Below are positions 37,327 to 48,998 of a stretch of DNA of 64,000 nucleotides, piece by piece (the stretch's first letter is position 1; every line of letters starts with the position of its first letter). The translations under genes were made by a program, and so were the position numbers. The stretch is taken from positions 1 to 64,000 of the forward strand of contig NIVC01003960.1 in assembly GCA_002269645.1 (NCBI GenBank). Direction: 5' to 3'. The notes under the pieces are model-generated. The model was not told the origin of the DNA and did no database searches. It saw only the letters and a program-made list of their open reading frames with translations. Origin of the DNA: Macrostomum lignano. Its lineage: Eukaryota.

Positions 37327-40300
37327 ATGGAGCTGCATGAAACTGCGGCAGCGGAATCTCTGCCAGCGAATCCCAATCCCAAGTCGGCATTAGTTTATCA
37401 AAATTCTGTAAACTCCGAGTCGAACTGCGAAGTCGAATGTAGTTCAGAAGTAGGTCAAGCCGACGATAGAAGCTCCTCCGAAGCTAGCGAAGAGGCTGAA
37501 CAATCCAAGTCCTCTGTGAACGAGTCTGCAAATCAGTCGCCGGAAGAGGTCACAATAGAACAGGAAGATAATGATGAGAGTGAGGCAAGCGGCTCTGAGC
37601 ACAGTAAATCTGACGAAAGCTCAGTGGATATTAAAAGAAAAAAAAGGGTTAAGCGACCGAAGCCGCGTCACCAGTGCGAGCAGTGCGGCAAGTTCTTTGC
37701 TTCGAAGAAGAATTTAAAAGTCCACTATCGCGTGCATAGCGGCGAGCGGCCATATCAGTGCGAGTATTGCCAGAAACGATTCACTCAGATGGGTCATCTG
37801 AAGTCTCACACTGAAGCTAAGCACGCTGATAAACTTCAGGAATCTGGCGCTGCTGGAGATGCTAATACAAAAGCTAAAAAGCTCTACCAATGCGTAGAGT
37901 GCGACAAAACTTTTCCTTGGAAGAATGCATTAGATATTCATTTTCGAGTTCACTCCGGCGAACGGCCGTTTAAATGCATCGAGTGCCCGAAGAAGTTCAC
38001 TCGGCTAAGTCACCTGCAGGGTCACGTGGCCGCCGTGCACAAGAAGGAGAAGCCGCACAAATGCCAGCACTGCGACAAAGCATTTGCCGATTCTTGCTCC
38101 CTTCGAGTTCACACTAGAACGCACACGGGCGACAAGCCCTACCAGTGCAAAGTGTGCGACAAGAAATTCAGTCTGTCTAGTCAACTGACTCGTCACTCGA
38201 GGCTGCACACTGGCGAAAAACCCTACCAGTGCAATAGATGCGAAAAACGATTTAATCAGCCAAGCAGTCTAGCCAGTCACTTGAGAACGCATACTGGCGA
38301 AAAACCTTACCAGTGCACACTGTGCGGCAAAGGCTTCACTCAGTCTGGCAGCCTTGCTAATCATTTAAGGAGTCACACTGGTGAGTCGACTGTTAAATTT
38401 GAGTGTTGCGTTGTGTTGGAGAAACACCAAGTCAGATGAACGCAAAGGTTATTAATGAACTGGAATTTACGAAACACTGATGACAAACAGTAGAGAACTC
38501 TGCAAAGATACACCTGACACCTTTGAAATGATATGCTCAGCAACATTGAAAAGTCGCCACTCTTTGCTCCAGTGAGCAGGTCTTTCGACCAGCGCCTCCC
38601 GTCCAAGCTTCGATCCATCCAATCTTCGCCCTCCGCTCTTCCCAAATATTGTTGAGTAAATTTATTAGTTCAGAATTTAAGTGCACCCTGTCACAGTTTA
38701 GATTAGCAAACTATCTAAATATTGACCTGCGAGACATTGAGAACTGCGTGACCCAATTCGCTGCTTTTTTTCACCTGACAGCGTACTTTGTTGTTTTTGT
38801 TGTTGTGACCCAAGATCACTAACGAGAACAGGACCTGCCGAAAGTGCCATGTAGAGGTAGAAAGTTCACGTCCTGTTTAAGTGTAGTTGGAACTTCTATA
38901 GTGCTTCCCGTGATAAATTTGAATAGGAGGTCCCAGATAAAGTTAGGAATTTAAAAAATCTTACAGCAGATGATTAAATATTTCGCCTACTGACTCAAGA
39001 AAATATATACGTAATGGAAATTGAGGCAAAATCCATCAAAGACATGACCCTAGCCACAATGCAAATGTCATGAAGCTTCATTCCGAATACAAGCTTAAAT
39101 ACTATGTTTGCGCAAGATACTTTATTTTGACTCTCTATGTCGGGAATTGTAGCCTAGTAGTTGAAGCTTTGAAGCCCAACAGCTTCCTATTTCTAAACAA
39201 ATCCGAAAACCTCGAGCCGTACTTCCTACCATTAACTATTTAAACTACTGACCGCTACTAATAGTAGGGTAATTGAAAAAACTTGACTTCTTCGACAAAT
39301 TCCATGAAAAATCTTTGTTGTTGTCGGATTGACTCCTGATGCCAATCCAATTTCAACTTATGCTTGTATAATATTTCAGAAAACGTGCAGCACAATGAAG
39401 CGACAGCTGCGTCAGCATTTTACGTCCCCAACGCGCAGCCGCATCAGTCGAGTTTTCCTATGCCGAACGCTCCTCCCCCGCCGCCGCTGCCGCCGCCACA
39501 CTTCATACCGGATCTGCAACCAAGTGCAGCAAATCATAGCGATCTTGTGCCAGACCTGCTAGAGACTTTGTACGTGTCCGAGATGATGCCAGCAGGTGCG
39601 ATTAATAGTTTCGTACTCAGCGGCGAGTTAATGAGCTCCGTTGCTATGCCGAATGGACCGAGCTCCGGAGCTGGAGCTTCTACGATTGAATCGCGTCTCC
39701 GATGCGGCCACTGCGTCAAGACGTTCTCTAACGAGGCCGACCTGGAGAAGCACCAGCGAGTGCACAGCGCCGAACGGCCGTTCCCCTGCGAACTGTGCGA
39801 CAAGCGTTCATGCGGGCCAGCCACCTGAGAATCCACATCAACGGGGTGCACAAGAAGGAGAAGCCGTTCTGCTGCCAGTACTGCGGCAGAGGCTTCGCCG
39901 ACCGCGGCACGTTGAACGTCCACATCCGGAGTCACACCGGGGAGCGTCCGTTCCCGTGCAAGGTGTGCGGCAAGAGGTTCCGAAACTCCAGCCATCTCAG
40001 CAATCACTCCAGACTGCACACTGGTGAAAAACCGTTCAACTGCGACGTGTGCGGCAAGCAGTTCCGACTGTCCGGTCATCTTGCCTATCATTCGAGGCAG
40101 CACAAACGTAGGTTCACCATTTATTTTCATTGTTCTAATCTATATCGTTTCTTTGAAACTGTACTTAGTTTTTATCGACAGCATTATTATACAGATTGGC
40201 TCGTACTTTTTGTTTAGTTCAAACAGAGTGAAATATTTTATACATCCAGGTCAGGACGCCGCTCCTAACGAAGGCACAGAGCACACTGAGGAGCAGGCCC

Positions 40301-41948
40301 TAAATCTTCCCAATAATGAGGCGCATTATTCTGGAGACTTGGAAGACAATTCGCACGAAGACGACTGCGATTCAGATCCTGGTTGCGTAGAGGAGCGGCA
40401 CTGTTTGGCGCACGATGCCAACCAGCCGGGCCCATCCAATGCGGTCTCTATTGAGCAATCGGGTGTTCCAATGCCCAGCCAGCAAGAGATTAACACTTTC
40501 GTGCTCAACGGCATGCCCGCAATGACAGTGGCGTCAGCTCAGAACGGGTTGGTGGTTGCTAATCCAGCTGATAGCATCAGCAATGCCAGCTTCAATGCTG
40601 TCCCGCCAGCTGTAGTGGAGCCTCGCTACCGATGCGGCCACTGCGTCAAGACGTTCTCTAACGAGGCCGACCTGGAGAAGCACCAGCGAGTGCACAGCGC
40701 CGAACGGCCGTTCCCCTGCGAACTGTGCGACAAGCGGTTTATGCGGGCCAGCCACCTGAGAATCCACATCAACGGGGTGCACAAGAAGGAGAAGCCGTTC
40801 TGCTGCCAGTACTGCGGCAGAGGCTTCGCCGACCGCGGCACGTTGAACGTCCACATCCGGAGTCACACCGGGGAGCGTCCGTTCCCGTGCAAGGTGTGCG
40901 GCAAGAGGTTCCGAAACTCCAGCCATCTCAGCAAGCATTGGCGAATTCACACCGGAGAAAAACCTTTTAAATGCGACGTGTGCGGCAAGCAGTTCCGACT
41001 GTCCAGCCATCTCACCTACCATTCAATTCGCACAAATGTAAGACGCTTGTATTGTAGCTCAGATTACATTTTTAACTCCAATTGTGCTTAGATATAGTGT
41101 AGCGTTCATTTTTTTAGTTCCTACCAAGCGACGTTACGCGGCCGCTAATCAAGCTCAGCCGACTCAACAGCAGCAATCGGTGCTGGCCCGTCCCGGCTTG
41201 CTCCACTGCCCGACGAAGAATCGACCAGGAACTCGTTGGAAGATGGCGAACAGGAAGAGACGCAACCAACGGAGGTACATTCGACAGCGAAGTCTAGCAG
41301 GAAGAAGGCTTCAAGCCGGCCTAAGAAGGCTAAAGATAATTCCTCGACAGCAAAGAAGCGCTACCCATGCGAGCACTGCGAGAAAAGCTTCATGTGGAAG
41401 AGCGATCTAAGACGTCATATCAGAGTGCACAGCGGCGAGCGGCCGTTCGAGTGCGACACCTGCCAGAAAGGCTTCACCAGGCTGAGCCATCTGCAGGTCA
41501 CATCGCGGCTGTGCACCGGAAGGAGACGCCGCACAAGTGCCAGCACTGCGACAAATCATTCGCCGACGCGTGCGGTCTAAGGGCGCACGTACGAACGCAC
41601 ACGGGTGAAAAGCCCTACCAGTGTAACGTGTGCAACAAGCGGTTCGCTCTGTCTGGTCAATTGAGCACTCACACTAGAGTGCACACTGGTGAACGGCCTT
41701 ATCAGTGCAAAGTGTGCGACAAACGATTCATTAGCTCAGGTCAGCTCACCTGTCATTCAAGACTGCACACCGGTGAGCGACCCTACGAATGCAACGAGTG
41801 CGGTAGGAAATTCAGCCAATCGTACAGTCTGAACTATCACAAGATGGTGCACTCGGGTGAAAAACCCTTCCAATGCGAAGTGTGCGGCATGCGGTTCATC
41901 AGATCGGACAGTCTGCTGATGCACTCCACCACTGTACACGCCAAGTGA
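37327..41948 (+). CDS. C2H2 zinc-finger gene B, tandem paralog of A, 4 phase-1 exons, ~25 fingers; frameshifted as assembled
   Basis: Exons 37327-38380 (8 fingers), 39380-40107 (5), 40250-41037 (5), 41118-41948 (7). Start MELHETAAA parallels A's MELHGAAAA. Single-base deletions at ~39806, 41031, 41160 and 41497. Confidence 0.85.
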
Positions 41949-43224
41949 ACTGTGACATTTCAAGTGTTCGATAGTAACCGTTTTTGTTGATACTGATTGA
42001 TTCTTCAACATAGTTCAAATCATACTTCATAATCCATAGACTAAAAATGTTTGACGTTCTACAGTCACCAATGGTAATCTCTTAGGAAAGAAGACTAGCA
42101 ATCTAGTGCCCCATTCGGGCGCGCATGAGCAAGGAGCAAAAATCTATACCTATAAAATCAAACTTTATTCATAAGAAAACAATTATAAAAGCACATTTTC
42201 TTGAGAACCAATTCCTATATAGTTTTATAAATAAACTTGCTCGAGTAAAACTGTCACGGGCAAAGATGTTTGCCAGGAATCTCTTTTTTCTAAAATTAAC
42301 AAAAACGCAACAGAATATAGCATTCACATAGATAACAGACATAATAAAGAGAAAACATCCTCAAGACAGCAAGCATCCCCCCAGATAGCAAGCATCCTTA
42401 GAGTAATCTCTTAGGAAAAAAGATGTTTTAAAGCAAAAATCGTACCCCGTGAGCTTTAGCATCAAAGCATCTGAGCAGCCCCCCATGAGCCTTGACAATG
42501 TTTTAATTTATGCACAAAAAATCGTCTATTTAGCGATAAATAAATTCTATATTAGTTTTATTTATAAGTGCCACCATTTCAGTTTTAAGCTATTATAAGT
42601 AGGTACTAATGCGTTTTTTAACTCATCTGACGCATAGCTTACATGTACTCAAACATGCGTAATCTTAATGTAGATAATAATAAAATTTATAATTAATCCT
42701 GTTTTATGATTTTTCATATTGCTGGTTTATTTCTCCTACGATTTGAATCTTTTTTTCACATGTGTTTTTGCTTTAACAGTTTATGGATAGCAATACAAGT
42801 AGTATATACCCTGTTTTGTTCTATTTTTTGGTATTTCAACAGCCACTCGATGATCTGTTATTGTGTAATATATTTTATTTTACAAGCATGTTACTAGTAG
42901 ATTCTAATTGAAAAATATTGTTGTATTTGAATTGTCATCTAATAAATAGTTGTAATTTCATTTGTGCTTAATAAATTTTTCTATTATTGTTGTTTCATCC
43001 ATGTTGTCTTGTATGGATTCAATTTGATTCGATGGTAGTTTATGTAGGAATGTCTTGCTATTTTAAAAAATGATCTAGTATTTATAGTTCTGAAAGGTAC
43101 TAAAAAGGTCAAACCACTTGGTTCTGTGTGTACGGGAGACAAAACTTTAAAGAAATCACAGACTATTTTGAGAAAACTTAGATAAGTTCGTATCTATAGA
43201 AGTGTAATATAGTATAATGATGGA

Positions 43225-43495
43225 CAGATGTGCAACCGACAGCTCAGCCGCAGCTATTGCGCGGCGCATCTGAAGGCTGCGTATGGCTGTTCAGTCCAAG
43301 GACTGGGGGGGAGGTCGCCACACACAGCCTCAATTACCCCAGCTAATGCTGGCGCCCATTTTACAGCTGGGTGAAGTGAAGCAATGCAGAGTTAAGTGTC
43401 TTGCTCATGGACACAACTTGTTGCAGTGGGATCGGGAATCGAACCCCGACGTTATAGTCGTGAGTCCGAAGCTCTAACGACTAGGCTACAACCCC
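43225..43495 (-). mobile_element. Second copy of the tRNA/CORE-like SINE
   Basis: Reverse complement of 31385-31660 with high similarity (e.g. AGATGTGCAACCGACAGCTCAGCCGCAGCTATTGCGCG). Confidence 0.8.
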
Positions 43496-43739
43496 TCTTA
43501 GAAGTGTAAAACTAGTGTAAAAGAGTTATTACGAGTATTTTTTAATTTAATATATCTTGAGACTCGATAAATCGTATTAATCTACTGTGTTTAAGTAATC
43601 TGTTTCGATTTTGGAAATTATTTCTTTTTCGAATCCATTTAATTAATTACAAAGCTTATCGGATTCAGGGATTATCGCTACGGGATTTACGGCGGATAAT
43701 TTGTAAAATTGAATTTGTTTGCATAAATTTGATGAAAAG

Positions 43740-43985
43740 TGGCACAAGGAATTTACATAGTGGCTCTCGAGCCACGCGTCACGACCTCTGGTTGGGTCCA
43801 ATTCCGTGAGCCTCCACAATCATTGAGGGCTTGTGTGTACCCGAAAAATCAAGAGAGCCAGAAAGTGTACATGTCTGACGATTAGACAGGCAGGGCCGCT
43901 GTACACCCTCTGTGAGTGTACAACCCTAACCCTAACCGTGCGTACAGTATTGGGCGCTTGTATGTGCAAAGGAGTCAGCGGAATG
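43740..43985 (+). mobile_element. Dispersed repeat family 'GTGTACATGTCTGACGATTAG...GCCGCTGTACACCCTCTGTGAG'
   Basis: Related copies at 53180-53660, 55470-55640 and, reversed and partial, ~57505-57550. This copy carries AACCCTAACCCTAACC. Confidence 0.7.
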
Positions 43986-44101
43986 TTGATTAGTGATAAA
44001 TCCAGCAGATATTTCTCCAGAAAGTTCAAAATCGATTCACCTAATCTGTTTTTATTATATAGGATTCTTATTAACAAATTTAAGCTAAAATTTTTAGTAT
44101 A

Positions 44102-44332
44102 ATGGATGTACAACTATTTAGAACGAACGTTTTGCAATATCGACCCTTATGTAGCCATAAAGACTATCGTAATACGGATGCTGAACGTCGTGCATGCAGC
44201 AAAAACTGCTCTAAGGATGAACTTCCGGTTTTCTGTCGACTTGGCTCGCCGAATCAACAAGTGTGTGTTTGCCCATGCAGACAGCAGTATGGCGTTCTGT
44301 CAGCCTGTTACATAGCCACGAGCTCTGAATAA
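44102..44332 (+). CDS. Candidate small Cys-rich ORF/exon (76 aa, 8 Cys)
   Basis: Cys spacing C-x14-C-x3-C-x8-C-x9-C-x-C-x-C-x9-C; preceded by acceptor-like TTTTTAG at 44097. No signal peptide or upstream exon found. Confidence 0.3.
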   Translation: MDVQLFRTNVLQYRPLCSHKDYRNTDAERRACSKNCSKDELPVFCRLGSPNQQVCVCPCRQQYGVLSACYIATSSE

Positions 44333-47300
44333 TAAGTGAAATTGATCGCTCCCTTCCGTTGTGTCCCCACAGTTTTTTTTCTGTTTTAGTTCTACTCCCA
44401 GCTGAGCTAAGCTTGAGCTGCTGGTGAGTGTGTGTCTCTGTGTTTTACAGATGCCTGCATGACCCGCGATACTGCAACTGAGTCCGTCACTAACACAGTT
44501 GTAACTATTTTAATTTGTCAAAGGAGTTCCCGGCTTATCAGCGGCGGGGGGGGGACAACACGTGCAGTGCGACGCCATTAGAATTTTCAATGAGCGAAGC
44601 GACTGCTCGGGAGTTCTCCGACGAGTTTGTTTCTCGGACAAGAATTCCTTTGAGACTTCTATTTCAGCCCTAGTGACGCCTTTGTAAAGCCATGTGCAAA
44701 GCTTTGCTTGCATACACTTATGCTGCTGTAAGTCCTGCATCCAATTTGCGATCCAATGAACGATCTATACAGAAGCATGAGAGCTCTTCAGCTTCTCATA
44801 TATAGTTCAGAATGCAAATTTTGCTCCTGTCAGCGGCAAGAAAAATGAAAATCTGATTGTAAGATGCCACGAATAAATCTTAATGGATTGCTTTTGCCTG
44901 TTGCCGATCGCTATATTAGTTTAGTGAACATATAAACATGTTGCAACGGGAATAGTTCCACAATTTACAGTATATGTCGTATTACACCGTTGGATCAACA
45001 GGCGTCTTCTTTGACAGTATACTCGTACAATTGAGATTGTATTTTATTACTCGAGTAGAAGGATTGGAAACTACATACGTTTCTTGAAAAAATTTGGAAG
45101 TCAGGTTTTATCGAAATTACACTAGAGAGAATTTAGTTCTTCCTTATTTCAGCAAAATATTGTAATTTCTTTTGATAGCGGGCAGACCCAATAATCATAT
45201 TTTGATATGACTTGTCTTTCTTGTGGCTATGATATTTGTAGAGCTCTTTGTTTAGAATGAAAAGGCTTTATTTTTCCAGAATGCTTAAACTAAATGTTGC
45301 CTAGAATCAGTTTTGTTACATATCAGTAATTTTTAGGCACAGGAAATGTACTCGTACGTAGAAGATAAGATTTACATTAGAACCCCAATTTTCTAAACAA
45401 AAAGCTAGTCTGCGAGTATCAATTATACAACTATAAGATAGGCAAGTCATATAAAAATATGAAAATTATGGGCCTGCCTGCTATCAAAAGCAATTTCAAC
45501 TTTTTTGTGCTGAAATCGGCCTGCTCGCCATCAACCACGAGGCCAATTTTTTTGGTTTGATTGCGCAACTTATAGTTATTTTTTCGTCGCTTTGTACACA
45601 TCAGTCAGGAGTACGAGATTTTCCCGCAGGGCAAAGCTCGCTGTGTGACAATCTCATAGACCCCATCAACCATTATCCGATTTAATGGCTCATCATTTGA
45701 TAATAGCTCTTTTTCTGACCTTTTTTCTGATCCTTTTCAAGCTGCGAGTGCATATCCGTCGCCCCTCGCGCTAGCACCCAATCGTATAGTGGCGCTCTTG
45801 GCTTAATCTGTCCCTCCCCCACCGAAATGGGGCATGCAGATGCAACCCACCCCGCTGACTTAAAGGGTCGATTCACGTTGTCTGTCATCCATCAGTCTGC
45901 CATCAGTTATTGTTTGTTTGTCCTACCTTATTTTGAGCAAGTACCTTCCCTTTCAAGGTACTTTCTCCTTTTTAATTTGTAATGTCTGTGATATAGATTT
46001 GATATAGAGGGAAGCGATTGGAGGTCCATACGACGTACCTAGGAAGAGCCCACACAGGGCTCATGGTGCCTTCTCATTGGCTGGAAGAGCAGCATGCCAC
46101 TACGCCCCCAATCCCCATAGCAGCTCCACTCACCCAAGGTACTATGCACTGAGTCGGGATGGGGGGGGTTTCGTTGTTCTTGTTTCCAACCAGCCCCCCC
46201 CCCCCGCCGTCCCTGCGCCACCCCACCATCCGTGTTCATACTCCTCAATCGCGCTCAATGGGAGACGGGGAGACTTGGGTGGCAACGGCACCACCCCCAA
46301 CACTCTCCCACTCCATGGGCCATAAATAGCCTTGACAGGACTTGCTGGGGTCTGTTGATGGCGCTCGTTCGCAATACGGCCTGGCCTGTGTCATACGGTG
46401 AGCGCCTGCGCTCCCAGACTCCTCTGTTCTTTAACTGAGCTAGACAGTTTCAAAATACGTCAACAGTTGATAGAGGAACCAACCAAGGAACCGTTGAGGT
46501 GAGACAATTACTTAACCGTGTCTTACTAAATTTTTTCATCATTAAAGAATCAGCATGCAGCTTCTCGACTTTTCTCTTCCCCTGTCCGCTTCGCAGAGTT
46601 GCCGATGCTTGTCAATCAATTCTGAAATTGCTGTTCCGCCCGCTAATTAGGGAAACCGGGGTAGTTAGCGGCTGGTAGGTAGGGGACTCCTGAGTGCGAC
46701 CGTTTTTTGCTGCAGTTCAACGGTTTCATAATTGCCTGCCGAAAAAATTGTTGTGCTCAAATATGATGAGGTGTGCTTGAGTAAAAACGAACACATTACG
46801 AAGCACAACAAAAAAGATTCTAATTAGAAATTTGCTGGATTATTTCGATCTGATTGTATAGGCAGGAGGAGGCTTAACGGGATTTGGAAGCACCTGCAGA
46901 CAGAATCCACTGCCCATAGGAATCCATTGTAAAATTATTGTAGACATATCTTTAAATTGTAAGGTTGAGTCCTTCGAGCTCTTCTTATCTAGAAAAGAAT
47001 TTCCAGAAACGATCCAATACCGAAGTGAATTACTAAATAATTCAAACTGTTCTAATGAACATATTTGCTTACAGCTCTTTCTGTTTGTCTTCTGTCTGTT
47101 TTAAAAGCTTTTTAGTGTCAATTTTCTGGTAACCCATGCAGCCCGCGGGGGTTGAACATCAACAGCATTATTGTTAGTACATTTGGATTAGACTATGGCA
47201 TCTAGCAGAATGCTCAGCAAGGGGATGTGCTGCTTAAGCTCCTCAGGGGGCTTACAGTGAATATTATATCAGCTTGGGAGTTCTAATAGCTTACAGGACT

Positions 47301-47687
47301 GTCTGCTTCTGATAGAGGCTGTTTTGTCGGGCTGAGGTGGAAGGACATGGTGAGGCTGGAGTGGGTTGGATGCTTAGGATTGGGGTTTTTTGGTTGAGTA
47401 AATAGTGCTGGCACCAGCTATCCTCAGTTTCAGGCGTGCCACTGTAACTGCCTGCTGATATTGTCAGCGCTTTGCAAAAGAGACGAAAATGATGTGGAGG
47501 CAGTGAGGAGACTGAGGGAAATAGAATAGTTAGACACCAGTTGCACTCAACCATGCAGCCTGTAATTGCTAATTGGATATTATTTAAGAAAATTAATTTT
47601 GTTTATTATTGAAAATATTAATATTGCCTTTGTGAGTTTAAGCTTCTCTTTTAGACCGCTACAGGTATTAAAATGTAAATGGTTCTG

Positions 47688-48697
47688 TCAGTAGATAGAT
47701 AGAGCTGCCAGTGGATAGATAGAGCTGCCAGTGGATAGATAGAGCTGCCAGTGGATAGATAGAGCTGCCAGTGGATAGATAGAGCTGCCAGTGGATAGAT
47801 AGAGCTGCCAGTGGATAGATAGAGCTGCCAGTGGATAGATAGAGCTGCCAGTGGATAGATAGAGCTGCCAGTGGATAGATAGAGCTGCCAGTGGATAGAT
47901 AGAGCTGCCAGTGGATAGATAGAGCTGCCAGTGGATAGATAGAGCTGCCAGTGGATAGATAGAGCTGCCAGTGGATAGATAGAGCTGCCAGTGGATAGAT
48001 AGAGCTGCCAGTGGATAGATAGAGCTGCCAGTGGATAGATAGAGCTGCCAGTGGATAGATAGAGCTGCCAGTGGATAGATAGAGCTGCCAGTGGATAGAT
48101 AGAGCTGCCAGTGGATAGATAGAGCTGCCAGTGGATAGATAGAGCTGCCAGTGGATAGATAGAGCTGCCAGTGGATAGATAGAGCTGCCAGTGGATAGAT
48201 AGAGCTGCCAGTGGATAGATAGAGCTGCCAGTGGATAGATAGAGCTGCCAGTGGATAGATAGAGCTGCCAGTGGATAGATAGAGCTGCCGGTGGATAGAT
48301 AGAGCTGCCAGTGGATAGATAGAGCTGCCAGTGGATAGATAGAGCTGCCAGTGGATAGATAGAGCTGCCAGTGGATAGATAGAGCTGCCGGTAGATAGAT
48401 AGAGCTGCCAGTGGATAGATAGAGCTGCCGGTGGATAGATAGAGCTGCCAGTGGATAGATAGAGCTGCCGGTGGATAGATAGAGCTGCCAGTGGATAGAT
48501 AGAGCTGCCGGTGGATAGATAGAGCTGCCGGTAGATAGATAGAGCTGCCAGTGGATAGATAGAGCTGCCAGTGGATAGATAGAGCTGCCAGTGGATAGAT
48601 AGAGCTGCCAGTGGATAGATAGAGCTGCCAGTGGATAGATAGAGCTGCCAGTGGATAGATAGAGCTGCCAGTGGATAGATAGAGCTGCCAGTGGATA
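47688..48697. repeat. Highly homogeneous 20-bp minisatellite, ~50 copies
   Basis: Unit GTGGATAGATAGAGCTGCCA; the few variants cluster at 48280-48540. Confidence 0.97.
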
Positions 48698-48998
48698 GGT
48701 GGAGTCAAGTCGCCTTTCGTTGTCTCATCCTCTGAATTTAAATTAATTGTCTCGGCAAGTCGCATTTCTAATTTCAATTCTGCTGCACCTCTTCCGTACT
48801 GTTTACGTTTATTGTTCATCACCTGCGCACTTTGGAATTATTTTTAGCAACCCCAGACATAAGCGCAGCTCTTCCCAACAACGAAACGTTCGCATCGTTC
48901 CCTCGGCTCAAAGTGGCAGATGTGACTAATACAAGATTTCACTTTCACTTGAGTAGTTGCCATTTCTCCTCCGCTTCATTTCAGGGTGAAACGGCTGT

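Noticed and set aside
30265-41022. Long antisense and alternate-frame ORFs over the zinc-finger exons
   Set aside because: Shadows of GC-rich, codon-biased finger repeats with no independent motifs.
47668-48822. 384-aa minus-strand ORF
   Set aside because: It is the 20-bp array read through all three frames; the unit simply has no stop codon.
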